DNA of 63,710 nt, filler included, from Kipferlia bialata (GCA_003568945.1; 6 parts of 4 records of this genome joined end to end with filler, not necessarily neighbours in it); one strand, 5' to 3'; positions 13,601 to 28,317 are shown, counted from the first letter of the whole stretch. Program-made: numbers and translations. Notes: a model not told the origin generated them from the letters alone.

Positions 13601-15454
13601 AAGTCTCGGACATGGGAGGGAGAGAGAGAGGGAGAGAGAGAGGGAGAGGGAGAGAGACATGCTGGGAGAGAGTAGCACCCCCGGCCCCCCTGACCACTCT
13701 CTGTCGTCTCTCTCCCCCTCCCCCTCCCTCTCTGCCCTTCGGTCTCAGGCATCGACAGCCCATGGGGGTAGCAGCAAGATGACCCCCCTGAGGAGAAGGG
13801 GCTCTCTGCAGTCTGTGCTGAGTGCGTTCTCCAACCTACAGAACAAGGGGAAGGGCAAGCACCACAACAACTACCTGGCCCAGGGCATATCAGACAGTGA
13901 CAGTGAGGACAGTGGGGGAGAGGACTATGTGTCATCAATGCTCAGGCATGGGCCCCTGCGGCACTCAAAGAGGTATGGGGCATGTGTGTGGACATGTTGA
14001 TACCTACTCTTACTATTCTATGAGTATATATGATATATACACTCTTCTGTGGTTGTGTCTATCGACTGAGGCACTCAAAGATGTTCCTTGTGCTTTACAC
14101 ATTGGTCTTCTCCAGTATATGTAGTAATTGCACTATTAGTGCTATTAGTAGTATTCTTTCCAACCGTAGGTCTGTGACAGTCAGTGTGTCCCCTCCCACT
14201 GGGGAGAGGGGTCTGAGACCCGAGGACCAGGCAGAGAGGCTGAGGCAGCACATGAAGGAGCAGACGCAGAAGCAGGTGTGTATGAAGACTGATCTAGAGA
14301 GGGACAGTGAAGATAGAGTCGTCCTTACCCCCCAGGTCGATGTTCTGTTCCCCGGCATTGTCAAGACCGTGCCCTCTGTCAACAGTGCCCTGTGCCACTC
14401 GGTGTTTGTATTGCATGACGGCAGGTAAGTATTCACTGATATATATATTAATGTGATGCTTACATATATATATATATAGTGCCCTGTGCCACTCGGTGTT
14501 TGTGCTGTATGACGGGAGGTATGTGTATACATACACATTGTATATTTAGACATGATTACATATAGAAGTATGTATATGTATGTATGTGTTTGTGACGCAT
14601 GACGGGGGGGAGGTACATAGATATGTGATAGTAACTGCGTAAGTCACCGCCAGACCCATGTCTATATATCTCTATATGAGTGTATGATACCCACCGCAGG
14701 TCCCATATCTCCAGCCCACATCCATATCTATATATGCTCTTTCACTTGAACCCACCCCCAGGTCCCGTGTCTCTAGACAGGCTGTTGTTAAGGGCTGGAG
14801 GGGCTGCTATGGGAAGAGACCCTGGGTCACAGGCTCATACTACTTCGAGGTGGGGGAGTATTGGTGCCTGTCTCTCTACATGTGTATTCACTGACCACAG
14901 GGTCCTCTCTCTTCCTGTCTCTCTTGTATATATTCACATATTCACCCCCTCACCCCCAGGTCCTTGTTGAGGAGATGTCCTCCCCCTCCGTGGCCATTGG
15001 CGTGGCTAACCCAGACAAGGTATGGGCATACAAGTTTTATAGTAGATTCACAAAGCACACACACATAGGTATATATGTACAAGTATTGAAATGCACACCA
15101 ACCCCCAGGCCGACCCGACCGACCCCCTGGCAGGCAGAGACGCATGGCTCTTCACTGCAGCACCTCCCTGTAGGTATGATGTGTGACTCATGTATATACT
15201 TTTAATGCTCCCTCCCCCCCCCTCCTGACCCCAGGGTGAATGGTGGTAGGTGGCTGGACTATGGGCACAAGTGGGAGCAAGGTGACCACATCGGAGTGGC
15301 GGTGGATGTGTCAGAGGGGAGGCTGGAGTTCTACCTCAACGGCCAGCCCCAGGGTGTGGCCTTCACCTCGTGCTGCCCCCCCCTTGTCCCTGTCATAGCC
15401 ACTGGGTACGGCACATACACACTCCAGTTCCTGCCATCCAGCGAGATGAAGTGA
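10629..15454 (+). CDS. RING finger + TRAF-type zinc fingers + low-complexity linker + C-terminal SPRY/B30.2 domain (probable E3 ligase)
   Basis: CECCGRVSLQSIVCYPCGCTLCRMCL...CPLCK (RING), FRCPHN...CDWRG...HAKHCPY (TRAF-type Zn finger), YGHKWEQGDHIGVAVDVSEGRLEFYLNGQPQGVAF (SPRY). TGA at 15454. Confidence 0.75.
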
Positions 15455-15798
15455 GGGAGGGTGTGTGTGTGTGTGTGTCTGTGACGCCCTGGTACACCCT
15501 TTGGACCTATGGGACCCAGACCCTTTAGTCTGTCTAGTCCTTGCCTCCTTTATGTGTGGCATTCAGTGTCCTGTCCAGTGTGTCTGTGTCATCCAGTAGT
15601 CTGTATCTGTAGTAGTGTGTGTGTGTAGTTGTGTGTGTCTGTGTATTGAGCCATTCGAGTAACTGTAATAGAGAGAGAGAGAGAGACGGTATGATAAGGT
15701 CATGTTCTCAGTGAAACGGCAAGAATGAACCGTTCTTGACTCAGTTCCCCATTTCCTCTCACTTCCCCTCCTCTACCCTCGAGTACCTCCTGTCTGAT

Positions 15799-17400
15799 AT
15801 GCCCTGCACCCACTTTGCAGTCCATGTCCCATGCTCGGGGGCAGCTGTCGAGTTCCTGCACAGGTATACATATGTGTATGTATAAACATGTTCTAGTGAT
15901 ACCAGTACCGGTACCGATATGTGTTGATTGAGATACTGATGTGGGGAGGGGGTTATATACGTGGGTATAGGGGTGTCTGGGTTTCGATAGACCATATCTT
16001 TGGATACATGGACAGCTGGAACATGTGCATGCATAAGAGTACAGTGTACTAGTATTGGTACCGATGAATATATCGTTGGTACTACTCTCATATGTCATAC
16101 CGAGTGATGATATAGGGGATGTAGAGTTAACATATGGCATATACGTACATGTGGGTGCATTTCTCTGATTATTATACACTCTCTCTATGTATTTGTGATG
16201 TACTCGTCCACTCTGTACACTAATTGCACCAATTGATATATCTTACACACTATACCCTCACCCCAGGTACTGTGGCACTGAGATTGTGTGCTCACGGCCA
16301 TCGGGCAGGGTATGTTTGCGATGTGTATCAGAATATATATACTCTCTTCTCAACACGTACATATGTATACTCTTGTGTGCAAACACAGTGTCTCTCTCTC
16401 TCTGCTCCCATGGATATCGACACTTCCTATTTATCATTATAATCACCCCAGCCCAACCAGCGTGTGTACTGTGCCTATCTCTTGTGACACTATGTATCCG
16501 TGTCTTCAATCACATGTGTCTCGTCCCTATCCTCACCCCAGACCGACCAGCGTGTGTACTGGTGCTCCGAGCCTGGCAAGGAGACAGACTTCATATACGT
16601 GGTATTGCCAGACAGAAAGGAGGGTGCGTACATACATTTATTCATTCATCAATTTTCCACACATACATAGTGACACAGGGATGATTATTCCAATAAATAT
16701 ATATATATACACGTGGTGCTGCCAGACAGGAAGGAGGGTGCGGGGTGGCTGTCTATCACTAAGCTGTCTGTCTATCACTAGTGTACAGTGTATTGTATGC
16801 GTCTCCTTCTTGACCCCAGACATCCCCCAGCAGCAGTGGCGCCGGGACCTGTCCCACATGGGCATGAGCTGTGACAGCAGGGAGGAGGTATATAGATGTA
16901 TATATATATATATTGATTAATTTATATATGCATATATATATCATACATAATATTCATCATATCTCTCCGTCCCACATGGACACTAGCTGTGACAGCAGGG
17001 ACGAGGTGGGTATTGAGTGACCATATATGTATGAATGCATTTGGAGTGATACTGACACTGTGACATATTGCCACACCCATCCAATGCCATAGGATAGTTT
17101 TGAGCACTCTCCCTCACCCCCAGGTTGAGGCGTATGCCGCCAAGGCATATGTCTATATATATACATATCTATATATATTAATGTATATGATCATGTCATG
17201 ATATCAGGTCGAGGCCTATGCCGCCAAGGCCGAGGAAGATGGCATCCTGTCCCTGCCACCCATGGACCTCCCATTCCCAACAGGGTATGTACACACACAT
17301 AATTATTGTTAGACCATTCATCCCCCAACCCCTAGCTATGTGTGCCTGGTCCATGCCCCCTGGGGAGGCCTGGTCGAGTTCTCATACGGACAGCCCCTAG
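15799..17400 (+). CDS. VOC-superfamily glyoxalase/bleomycin-resistance protein of bacterial type, at least 6 exons, 3' end at contig edge
   Basis: Spliced: MPCTHFAVHVPCSGAAVEFLHRYCGTEIVCSRPSGRTDQRVYWCSEPGKETDFIYVVLPDRKEDIPQQQWRRDLSHMGMSCDSREEVEAYAAKAEEDGILSLPPMDLPFPTGYVCLVHAPWGGLVEFSYGQPLG. Has the VOC His/His/Glu pattern and a VEFSYGQPLG tail. Confidence 0.8.
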
Positions 17401-17478
17401 GTACCATGGATTGTTGTAGATAGAAACTCCCTTCGCATATCCTGGAAGATCCATGTCTCTATCTTACTCACTGTGCAT

Positions 17479-17525
<47 letters not shown>

Positions 17526-17534
17526 CAGCCACCC

Positions 17535-17634
17535 NNNNNNNNNNNNNNNNNNNNNNNNNNNNNNNNNNNNNNNNNNNNTTAATTAATTAANNNNNNNNNN
17601 NNNNNNNNNNNNNNNNNNNNNNNNNNNNNNNNNN
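17535..17634. other. Artificial contig linker N44-TTAATTAATTAA-N44
   Basis: 100-nt spacer with stops in all six frames, identical at five places. Confidence 0.97.
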
Positions 17635-17950
17635 TTTCTCCCCCCCTCTAAAAAACCCCCCCCCCCCCCCCCACTCCTCGTCAGTGGCACTATATGTACA
17701 CACACCACTCACTCACACTCCTCTCCTCTCCTCTCAGCACAGGTGTATTTCGGTCATAATTCACTTCTAGTATCCATGTTTCCTATTCATCTCATGGTAT
17801 TCCCTCTCTTATGTTACAATGACCTCGATTAGTGTAGGATTAGAGTGTATCAAGGTATACTCCCTCTCCCTGTAACGTACGGCCCAGTATCCTCCTTATA
17901 TCCCTCACTGAGTGTATTCACACCCTCTCCCATGACTCCTCTCATCCCAG

Positions 17951-20471
17951 GTGGATGGTATGTACCATGAGTTGCTATGGGCTATGGATGACGATGACAG
18001 GGAGACAGTCATCAGCTTCTGCCTCGGGGTGGCCAGGCATCTGATAATCGATGAAGAGGTGGGTAGGGACTGGATATATTGCATATACTTATAAGTGAAC
18101 TAACAGTATGATCTATTGTGTGGTGAGGACTCTGAAAGGTATCTTAGTTGGGGGGGGGGGGTTGGGGGGGGCACAAGCCTGTAGTATAATGAGTAAATAT
18201 ACTACTACTGGAGAGTGCACCCCACTATACAATTATTCCTGTGGGATTAGTCTAAATTGTGTGTCTCACTGTAGGACCCAGAGTTTGCCCTTTCTGTCGC
18301 CAATGATACCAAGCTGCTGCCTACTATCATATCATACCTCTCGGAGGGGTATCCTGCTGAGTCATTTGAGGCTGGGTGAGTGGTACTATTACCTACATCA
18401 TTAGAAGAGTATCGGACCGTGTGCATGTTATCTGGTAGTGCACTGTATCCCCTGTGTTCAATGTACCACCGTCTCACCCACAAGTTCCCTGATCGCTCTT
18501 GTTTCTGGTCTGGCACCCAGTGGGTATTACGGCCACCCGATATACTCATGGCCTGTGCAGCGTATGGTGGAGGAGGGTGTGCTAGCTGTGATGGCCCCCT
18601 ACGTCCACAGGGGTACTCTAGGTATGGCAACTGTTTTATGATAGCCTTTCACACTGTATTAGTACATACACGTAAGTATTGGTAAAGGATATCTCACCAA
18701 TCACAGTGTCTGACACTGCTGTGAAGGCCCTCAACAACATCATGCACCACTCCGTCCTGGCAAGGGATACGGTGCTGCAGAACCACACGTTGTTGGACGA
18801 ACTGCTAGCATACGCAAGGCATACATTGTGGCATATGCCAGTCGCTGGAGTCTCTTCAACCTTGAACCCCCTCTCATACTGCGCATCACTTCCCTCTCTG
18901 TGTATTGCTATGTGACTCTCCCGGTCTAACACTCCAGACACGCAGAGACAGACACTGAGGTCGACAATGCCATCGACACACTCCACAGACTCACCCTGTA
19001 CGTTCACCAATAAGTGTATGTCATCCATCTCTCTTCGAAAGTCATATCGGGTCTCTCATTATGTATGCTTGTTGCTAGGTTCTAACCCCAGTGGATTGCC
19101 CATGCCTCTCTTCTCAGACATCAAGGAGGTATGGTCATGTCTAGCATATATCCACAGCGCAGTAATACTGAGAAGAGAATTCAATTCTTTCAATGTCCCT
19201 GTGTCGTGTTCCTGAGCCCAGGTACTACCCATTGCAGCCGAGTACATCAAGACCAGACAGGAGGAGTGGGACCTGGAGAGGCTCATAGCCTGTATCCACA
19301 TCTACACCATCATTGGAAGAAGGTACGCCTCATCCTACGCATTGTGTAGCTAATTCAGTATCATCTTCTCTTTGAGGTGCATTGCTCTGACATGTTCTTA
19401 CACTCAGTGCCGACGATCCCACCGAAGCACTCATGGACGTAGTGGGGGAGGACCTAATCCCTAGGTAATCACAGCTAGTAGTAGTAAGACCATTTGTGAC
19501 GTAGATAGCAGACTATATTGCTAATATTCCTCTTAGTCATTCACAATAGTCAGTCATGCTTCTGTTGGGGCACTCTCTTACTTCCCTTACACAGACTGAT
19601 GGAGCTGAGTCTACATGCCGAGCCGATTGTATGGAGAAGTGCCGTAGACATCCTACACACAATATCCCAAGACATATCCCCAAGCCTCCTAGGGCACGGG
19701 GTCATGCAATACCTCCAGGTACATGTATATAGTCCCATTTGGTCCTTGACTGATATACAATCTCTGGAATATGAGATTAGATGTGTCTCCACCTGACACT
19801 TCCAGACGCTGATGCTACGCTTCGAGGCAGAGGGTGAGGATGAAGAGATGAGGTGGCTGGTCTGCAAGATGGCCAATGCCGCTGCCTTCGGGGAGACGCC
19901 AGAGTCTGAAACCAATGTTGAGATGGCAGTGAGTTCAGGTACCAGCAGATATCCCTCTCGATACTCAATGACACTTCCCTTACTCAAGGCTACGTAGACA
20001 GTGCTGTGAGGCAGCTCAGTATCTGTGGTAACCCCTCTAGACGGTCTGAGTGTTACGGTCACTCCTCGTTCCTGCTCAACCTCCTATCCACTTGGAACCC
20101 CCTCGCCCTAGGTAGTCCTAACCACACATATATAGTGCCACTCGAACTAGGGTATGCATGTACTGATGAGGTGTGATTCCCCGATATGCATTGGTTACTG
20201 ACCCACCAGGCCAGCTGGAGGAGGACAAGAACTTCAAAGCCATGGTCCAAGCATTCGAGACACTGGAAGAGACTGCGCCTGAGTCCCCTGACAGGTGTGT
20301 GTAGTGCAGTGTAGTGTATGTAATGACAGGTCTCTCACCACCAGTGCCTCCTACCTCGCAGACACTGTGTGGTTCCTGCAGTATGTTCTATATGAGGTGT
20401 CAAGCTACCACCACGACCACTCCCACGGCCAAGACCACCACATGTACTGGGTCCAAGAGTTCCAGGCCTAG
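17951..20471 (+). CDS. Divergent ARM-repeat (importin-alpha-like) protein, 5' incomplete
   Basis: Exons such as VSDTAVKALNNIMHHSVLARDTVL and LHRLMELSLHAEPIVWRSAVDILHTIS resemble ARM helices (compare importin-alpha EQAVWALGNIAGD..RD.VL). Ends ...WVQEFQA TAG. Confidence 0.45.
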
Positions 20472-20903
20472 CTGATAGTATCAGTGATAGCCTATCAGTA
20501 CCAGTATCAGTATAGGTGTGATACGTATCCAGATTTGTGGATCGCTGTACTTGTTGAAATATATGGAAGACTATTGTATGCGACATAGACTTTTTCTCTC
20601 TGAATGACATCGTGGTGTCAAAGTCCCCTCATCGGTGTATCTGTGACGCTAATAGAGACAATCACTACTTGTTCCTCTTGAGTATCCTCTTCGGGGAGAG
20701 TATAGGATATTTCACTATTGGCTGTCCCAGACACACCTCTGTACATATTCCTGAAGTGGCGATAAATCCAGCCTTGCTGGTCGCATGGTATAGAGTAAGA
20801 GGAGAGACAAGGCGCCATTTCAATAAGGGTCCCTTATTAAGGGTCCGCTGTATTTGTTGTGAACCGTTCGTCAGCCAACTAGGTTGAACGGCTCTCCACG
20901 CCG

Positions 20904-21575
20904 ATGACAATCCACAACGTCTGTCGCCGCACTGCGAGCGCACTGTGGGTTCTTGCTGCGATAAGACTCTTTCTGCCTGTTCTGCTCTATGGCCTGTTCT
21001 GGGAGGACCTGAGTGAGGCCGAGAGAGAGGAGGGTGATGAGATATTCAGGTGGGAAATAGTGGTTCCATTGAAACTCCCTTGTGTTATGCTACTTCAGTA
21101 ACCCCCCCCCCCCAAAACCTACGTCAGCGTGGCACAGCTGATTTATATTGATGCCTTGATCATGGGCACAATTGGCGTTGTCGGCCTCAAGTACTGTACA
21201 ATAGGTAATTCCAGTGACATATATACCTCTAGTAAATTCGCCGTTGCTAACTACACATGTATCTTCCTACCCATTACCGGTCTATATCGTTACTCGCAGG
21301 CGCCATCCTCTCCATGCTCTACCCTATGTGGCTGCTACACATGTTCTACCTGCAAGACTGTGTCTTTCGTGTGCTATGGGCCATGTTCAGGTGGAGTGTT
21401 ACACACATGAATACTGTATACTATGTAGAACATATACACTATGTATACTGCACTGAGGGGGGGGGGGGCTATTCATGTGGTTGTATTTGAGTCTGTTTCC
21501 GTGTAGCAACCATTTACCATCAGGGCTGCTCTCTTCGGTGTAGCACATTACACAGCCCCACCCAAGACCAATTAG
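20904..21575 (+). CDS. Small hypothetical membrane protein (4 exons)
   Basis: ATG 20904. Exons join in frame through GT-AG introns with hydrophobic segments. Ends ...HYTAPPKTN TAG. Confidence 0.5.
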
Positions 21576-22116
21576 TTCCTCCCAGTTAATACTGATACTG
21601 AACGATGTACGTGTGGGGAGTCCAGAGAACGTGATATACCATCCGTTATTTGTACTCAGCATTCGAAAACTCTCAACAGTGTAGTATTGGCAAGCAGCGT
21701 GTCAACCTACACGGATACGATAGACAGTGACTGGACGTTGCAAGCTCCCCAATTGCTTAGTAAGCTTAGCCAGGATCAGTATCTAGTCGCCCCCTGACTC
21801 GGGGGGTCATTTTCTCTCTCTACGATTCCTGAGAATATTCTGGTTGTTGCCTTAGTACTATTTATGATCCTCAATCGATGGTGACACAAGATGACTTGCA
21901 CTTTGTACCGCAGTGTGACTGTATCACCATCAGTGTCTATATCGGCTGCTTCTTGGCTCTAGCACTCCTCAATACTAGCTAGACTCGTGCTGCAGTATAT
22001 GTCCAACTGTGAAGGGTATGCAACTACCCAAGAGTACTACCGTCTTCCCTCCCTAGAACCTAGTGTAGATACTATCTAGAAAACATGTGATTAATTATCC
22101 CTTGTTCATTCACTGT

Positions 22117-24005
22117 CTAGTATCTAATCCTGTGCTGCAGTGTCTGTGCCACTGTGACCGTGTCTCTGGGCTGGGCATCCCCCTGGGTCAGGGTGCACTT
22201 GACCTGGGCGTGAGGGATAGCAGGATATATAACTGTATATAACTGTATATATACTAAATGAACCATTCTGAGTCACGATGCACTTGACCTGAGGGAGATT
22301 GTTGTGATTGACACATATTAATGACACCAACCTTCCCAGATGTCCCAAATGCCGACACCACCACCGCCTGTCCCCTCTCTGTCCCATCACTGGTGAGTAT
22401 GGTGCATGCTAGACCCCCCTTGGCAGAGGATATGGCGGTGGAGGCTGCAGTGTTGTCACTGAACAGACCGGACACAACAAGGCCAGGGCCACCGTCCTGG
22501 GGTTGGGGGGCGTATGAATGTGTATACACATACACACGTACTGGCCACTATACGTGAAACACAGAAGGACGAGATATGCCAGTGTCACTGCAAAGCATGT
22601 GTACTCATACCTTGTCCCTCCTGAGCACATGGCCAGACAGGGTGGAGGTGCATAGCCTGGGGGTGGGGATGGACAGAGCTAGTAGGCACAATAGTACATA
22701 GTACACTAGGTAATAGTTGTCAGCATCTAGTAAATACACACAGGTATACACGCCTTATGCACGGCAAGTCGTGTTCAAATATCTCATGTTCAGTAAGGAG
22801 AGGAGTAATTATATGGATAGATAGATACACACGACCCCACCTTCTGTACGGCAGGTCGTACAGAAACGGCTAACAATAATTTACATGTATTATCATGAGA
22901 ATGATACTGTGAATGATAATGTGTATCACTGCTAACCTTCTGTACGGCAGGTCGTGCAGGTCTGCCGGTGTCTCTATGGGTGTGAGTGTGAATGCCAATC
23001 TACACTGTCCGGCCTGGGGGGGGAGCTCTAGACGGGCACCTAGGTGTTAGTATCAGTAGATATCTATATACATACACAGATATGTATATATCTACGTGGG
23101 TGGTCGGGGAGCACAGGGCGGGTACCTGGGGTAAGGGGATATGGCTAACTACCTACTGTATAGGACTCATTGTCACTATCAGTATATATACTTACACTCT
23201 CCCCACCTAGCAATGGGTGGATATATATATATACATGAATGCAAAAACATATATACAATACATTATATGTATAGTCTCTCTCTCTCCCCACCTAGCAGTG
23301 GGTACTGACCCAGAGGCAGTGGAAGGAGGAGGGGGGCCTTCAACTGGAGGACAGCAAGCATCCTGAGGGTAAGTGCACACACACTGACCTAATGAACAAA
23401 CCTACAACACACTGTACCCAGAACACGTGTATATGCAAACACACCTATCCCCCCTAGGTGCCTCCTTCCCCTCTGCCATGTGTCTGGTGAGGGTATATAC
23501 AATATATGTATATATATATATGCTATACACACCTATCCCCCTTAGGCATTGTCTTCCCCTCTGCCATGTGTCTGGTGAGGGTGTCCTTGAGGGTAGACAC
23601 CTGGGTGTTGACATCCTGGGGTGAGGGGTAGAGAAATGCTACTGAACACTGCTTGTTGAGTCACCGGCACATGGACAGGTCCTGAGCTATATATACTATA
23701 CAATACATATCCCCCCACCTGTCTGGACTGTGTGAAGACTGGGCCCTCACTCTCATAGCCAAGCAGGGTCAGAGTGCCTGGGGTGGGGGTATGGGGTATC
23801 AGGCATTATACGAGAATATGTATATATATATCAATGCATATATATGTCAATGAATGTACCCACCTTGCACCGTATCATGCCCTGCTGTCACACTGAATGT
23901 CTGCCCTGAGTACATGTCGTATGTGAAGGAGGGGATGGGGTCCAGGTACCCAAGCACTCTGTCACACACAGTGGTCATGCCTCTAGGGGTCAGATGCAGT
24001 GTAAG

Positions 24006-24040
<35 letters not shown>

Positions 24041-27000
24041 ATATATATTGCATTGGTACATTATATATGATGTGTCACACACAGTGGTCATGCCTCTAGT
24101 GGTCAGACAGTGTCATAAGCCAGTCCGATAGCATATATGACAATTGAATATACATACGTGTATCAGTATAGTACTGATCCATGTGCCACAGACACTGGCC
24201 ACGCCTCTAGCGTGAGTCAGTTCATAACAGTCTCACACAGGTGTCAATATACACCACCCCACCTCTCTCCCTCTGTTGTCTCCCGAGGTGCAGCCAGTAT
24301 CAGTATCAGTATCAGTATATACACTTCTACACAGAACCACTAGATATATATACACTCACACTCCATACCTCTCTCCCTCTGTTGTCTCCCTGGGTGCTGT
24401 CAGGAACCCTCTCTCACTCATGGCAGAGAGGTCAGGGCCCTGGGGGTTAACATTGCTGATAGAGAATATATATAAATATGCCATACCAACCCACCTTCAG
24501 CAGCACCCCTACTCTCTCCCCCACCGATGCCTTGGTGACAGAGGCACCAAAGGCCTGGATGGACTGGACCTGGGGGTGGGGGTTATATGATATATATGTT
24601 CATATATATAGGATATAGGATATAGGAATATTACACTAATAGAAGAGTATGTGCCATCCGTGAATCTAGTTTGTTGGCAACGTAAGTACACTGTGCTACC
24701 AATGTGCCCATACCTTGGAGGGTGTGGAGGCCGAGGTGTCACCTGGGGGTGAGACAAGTATGACAGAGGAGGGCCCAGGAGAGAATAGTACAAAGAAGGA
24801 TACACTATCAATTAGACACACCTTGCAGAGCAGGCACCACCACTGCATTCCCCACTGCCATGGAGCCAGACATANNNNNNNNNNNNNNNNNNNNNNNNNN
24901 NNNNNNNNNNNNNNNNNNNNNNNNNNNNNNNNNNNNNNNNNNNNNNNNNNNNNNNNNNNNNNNNNNNATATATATATAATATACATATATATGCATATAC
25001 CTTGCAGAGCAGGCACCACCACCGTGTCCCCAACTGCCATGGAGCCAGACATACTCTCTCTCTCTCTCTCTATATATATATACATATATACATATGTATA
25101 TACCTTGCAGAGCAGGCACCACCACTGCATCACCCACTGCCATGGAGCCAGAGAGGATGGTGCCAGTCACAACTCGGCCACGGCCTAGGGATTAGGGACA
25201 GAGACATAATGGCCATAGCAGAACACGCATAAAATATACATATACATAGATATATATACATCTATATATATGTATATATGTATGACAGGATGGTGCCAAT
25301 CACAACTCGGCCACGGCTAGGGGGTGAGTGATGGGTACTGTTAACTCTCTTCCTCCTATACTTTACAATGCTACCTAACTATATGGAAAGTATCGGGTAG
25401 AGATTGTCCATGCTGGATTTGACAAGACTCAGAGACACTACCCCATCATGAATGAGTGATCCTGTCAGTATCAGCATATATAGTACATTCACACTCTATA
25501 TCTCACCCTTGATGTTGAATGAGTGGTCATACAGCATGGCCAGTATCAGTATCAGTATATGTCTATACAGTACTCTATATAGTATACTACCAGCCTATAC
25601 TCTAAACTATACCACACTACCCCACCCTTTATGCTGAATGAGTGGTCGTATAGCATGGCCAGCCCCTCCTGTCCCATCTCTGCTCTCCTGGACACTATGC
25701 CAGACATCTCCCTAAGCACCATGGTTCTGGGAAGTTAGAGTGTATATATAGACAGATATATACATATGTATGTATATAGAGTATACACATATATATACTA
25801 TATGCCAGACATCTCCCTAAGCACCGTGGTCCTGGGGGGTTGGGTATCATACACCAATATATATACTGTATATACCTGTGTATATATATCAATATATGTA
25901 TTCATATACTACCTCCCTCACAACCATGGTACTGGGGGGTGAGATCCCTAGGAGACAGACACACGTGATATACCAAAAAACCATATATTAATGACTACAG
26001 ACTAAACTCAGACACATAATGATGAGGAAAGTCCACAACTGCGTCTCTAATACACCTTAGGTCTCTACCAACACGTGTCGAGTCTACAATCTGGGCTAGC
26101 AACATCTATATCCATACCTCAGGTGCTGTGTGAGAGCACTATCATGTATATATATATATATATATACTGTTCATTTCTGATATACATACTGTATCACTAT
26201 GTCAAAGTATACCTCAGGTGCTGTGTGAGTGCTGAGACTGGGGCTCTCTCCAACTCGGGTACAGCAGCTGGGGTAAGAGGGGGATAGATAGCAGACAAAG
26301 GAGAGAGAGGGGGGAAATAGGTGCAGGTGTGGGCGAGAGACAGAAAGAGAGAGAGAAAAGAAACACCCACCTGCCATGGGCACTATGGGTGCATCCCTCA
26401 GTAGCTTAGAAGGAACATATATATACATGAAGAGAGAGAGCATGTATATGTATATATATCTATATACCCCACCTGCCATGGGCACTATGGGTGCATCCCT
26501 CAGGAAGGTCTTCCTGAGTCTCTTCCTCAGACCGGCCACGACCTAGGGGGTAAGTGATATGCACTGAACACATATATACATACATATGCTCTCTCCTGCT
26601 CAGACCTGTTGAGGCCTAGGGGATTGGAGGACACCCTAACTACATCATGTCATACACATTCATATATATACATACGTATATATACGTATACATACCTTGT
26701 CCACCGCCACCTTGGCTGGCACCCTGTCCACCTTGTTCAGAATGACCAGGCAGCGCTCTCTGGGGGTAAGGGACATTGGTGCATGCATATACATAGAGAG
26801 ACAATACACATACACGTTGAATACTCCCCCACCTCGGCATCAGGACAGTGCCCTACCCCTCCACTTAACGAATACTCAATATGCACTCATGTGCTGTATA
26901 TCCCATGTACCAACACACCTGTATATACATATGACCTATGCAATACATATATCTATATATATGTTCTGCCTACCTTGGCACCAGTGCGTGCATCAGGGCC

Positions 27001-27586
27001 ATGCACTCCACGGTCTGGGCCTCAATGCCCCTAAGGAGTTAGACAGAGACAGCTATATGGATACAAACAATACATTTATGGCCAAATAGTTAAGGCATAT
27101 AGATAGGACTGTGCACTCCGCGGTCTGAGCCTCAATACCCCTTAGGAGTTAGACAGAGACAGTTATATAGATATATGAGGACTGGATTAGTAGAAGTATT
27201 GGCTTGGAGATACTCTCTCCACGGTCTGGGCCTCAATGCCCCTGGGATCAGTAGATCGCTATATAATGCATATTGAATCTTTAGTATATGCCATATAGAA
27301 GCATATAATCGTGTAAAGCGATAGGTCACCCTCTAAAAATACCTGTGTACCTTGTTCCTTCCACCAGTATGGCCACAAAGAATAGAATAATGTATATGTA
27401 TCCGAGTACATATATGAACACCCGATACACTCTCAGACTATGACACATAGTCCCGTCCACCATCCGCCCATACACACATATGTATACTCTTGTATCTCTA
27501 TCTTAGTAGACTGTATATGATACCTTGTCCCGTCCACCACCAGTATGGCCAGGTCCATGATACGGGCACCACCTAGAGTTGGATGA

Positions 27587-27619
<33 letters not shown>

Positions 27620-28284
27620 TCTACAGGAGGTGAGGGGGGTTGAGCCTCCATCCGTGTCTGCATATGTCTGAGACACGCCTCCAACCCACCCATGCCCTCA
27701 GACTCCCAAGTATATAGATAAGTACATAGAATACAGTGCAGATACATACCTAGCACTGTCCTCAATAGTGATGCATGACCTGGACAGTCCACCAGAGTAT
27801 GTATATATATATATATATATATGTCCAGTCCATATATACACTATATACATATCCACATGTTTACACCTAGCACAGTCCTGAGTAGGGATGCATGGCCTGG
27901 ACAGTCCACCAGGGTGATTGAGACAGAGTGGTCAGGCTGGGATGAGACGAATACCACGTATATACATATATATATACACATATACACATATACATAAGTA
28001 GTTTACATTATAGAGAGTATGTCACCCGGGTGAAGGACACAGCGTGGTCAGGCTATGTGTCAGGGGATAGTATTATGTCTCAGAGTATATATATTACTAT
28101 CCATATACACACCTCATCACTCAATGGCAGTGTAAATGTGCTGAACCTAAGAAAGGTGCTGATACACATTCATTAACACTATATATGCAGAAGCAATATA
28201 CTATTCATCCTCACCTCCTCACTCAGTGGCAGTGTGAATGTACTGAACCCTAGGTCTATGGTGATGCATTTTTCATATACATAC

Positions 28285-28317
<33 letters not shown>

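Noticed and set aside
17579..17590. Recurrent palindrome TTAATTAATTAA flanked by Ns as a biological repeat or target site
   Set aside because: Fixed 100-nt artificial spacer with six-frame stops; gene neighbourhoods across it are meaningless.
18818..18937. Possible GC-AG intron in the ARM gene (AAG|GCATAC)
   Set aside because: An in-phase GT lies 9 nt downstream, so the donor cannot be decided without cDNA.
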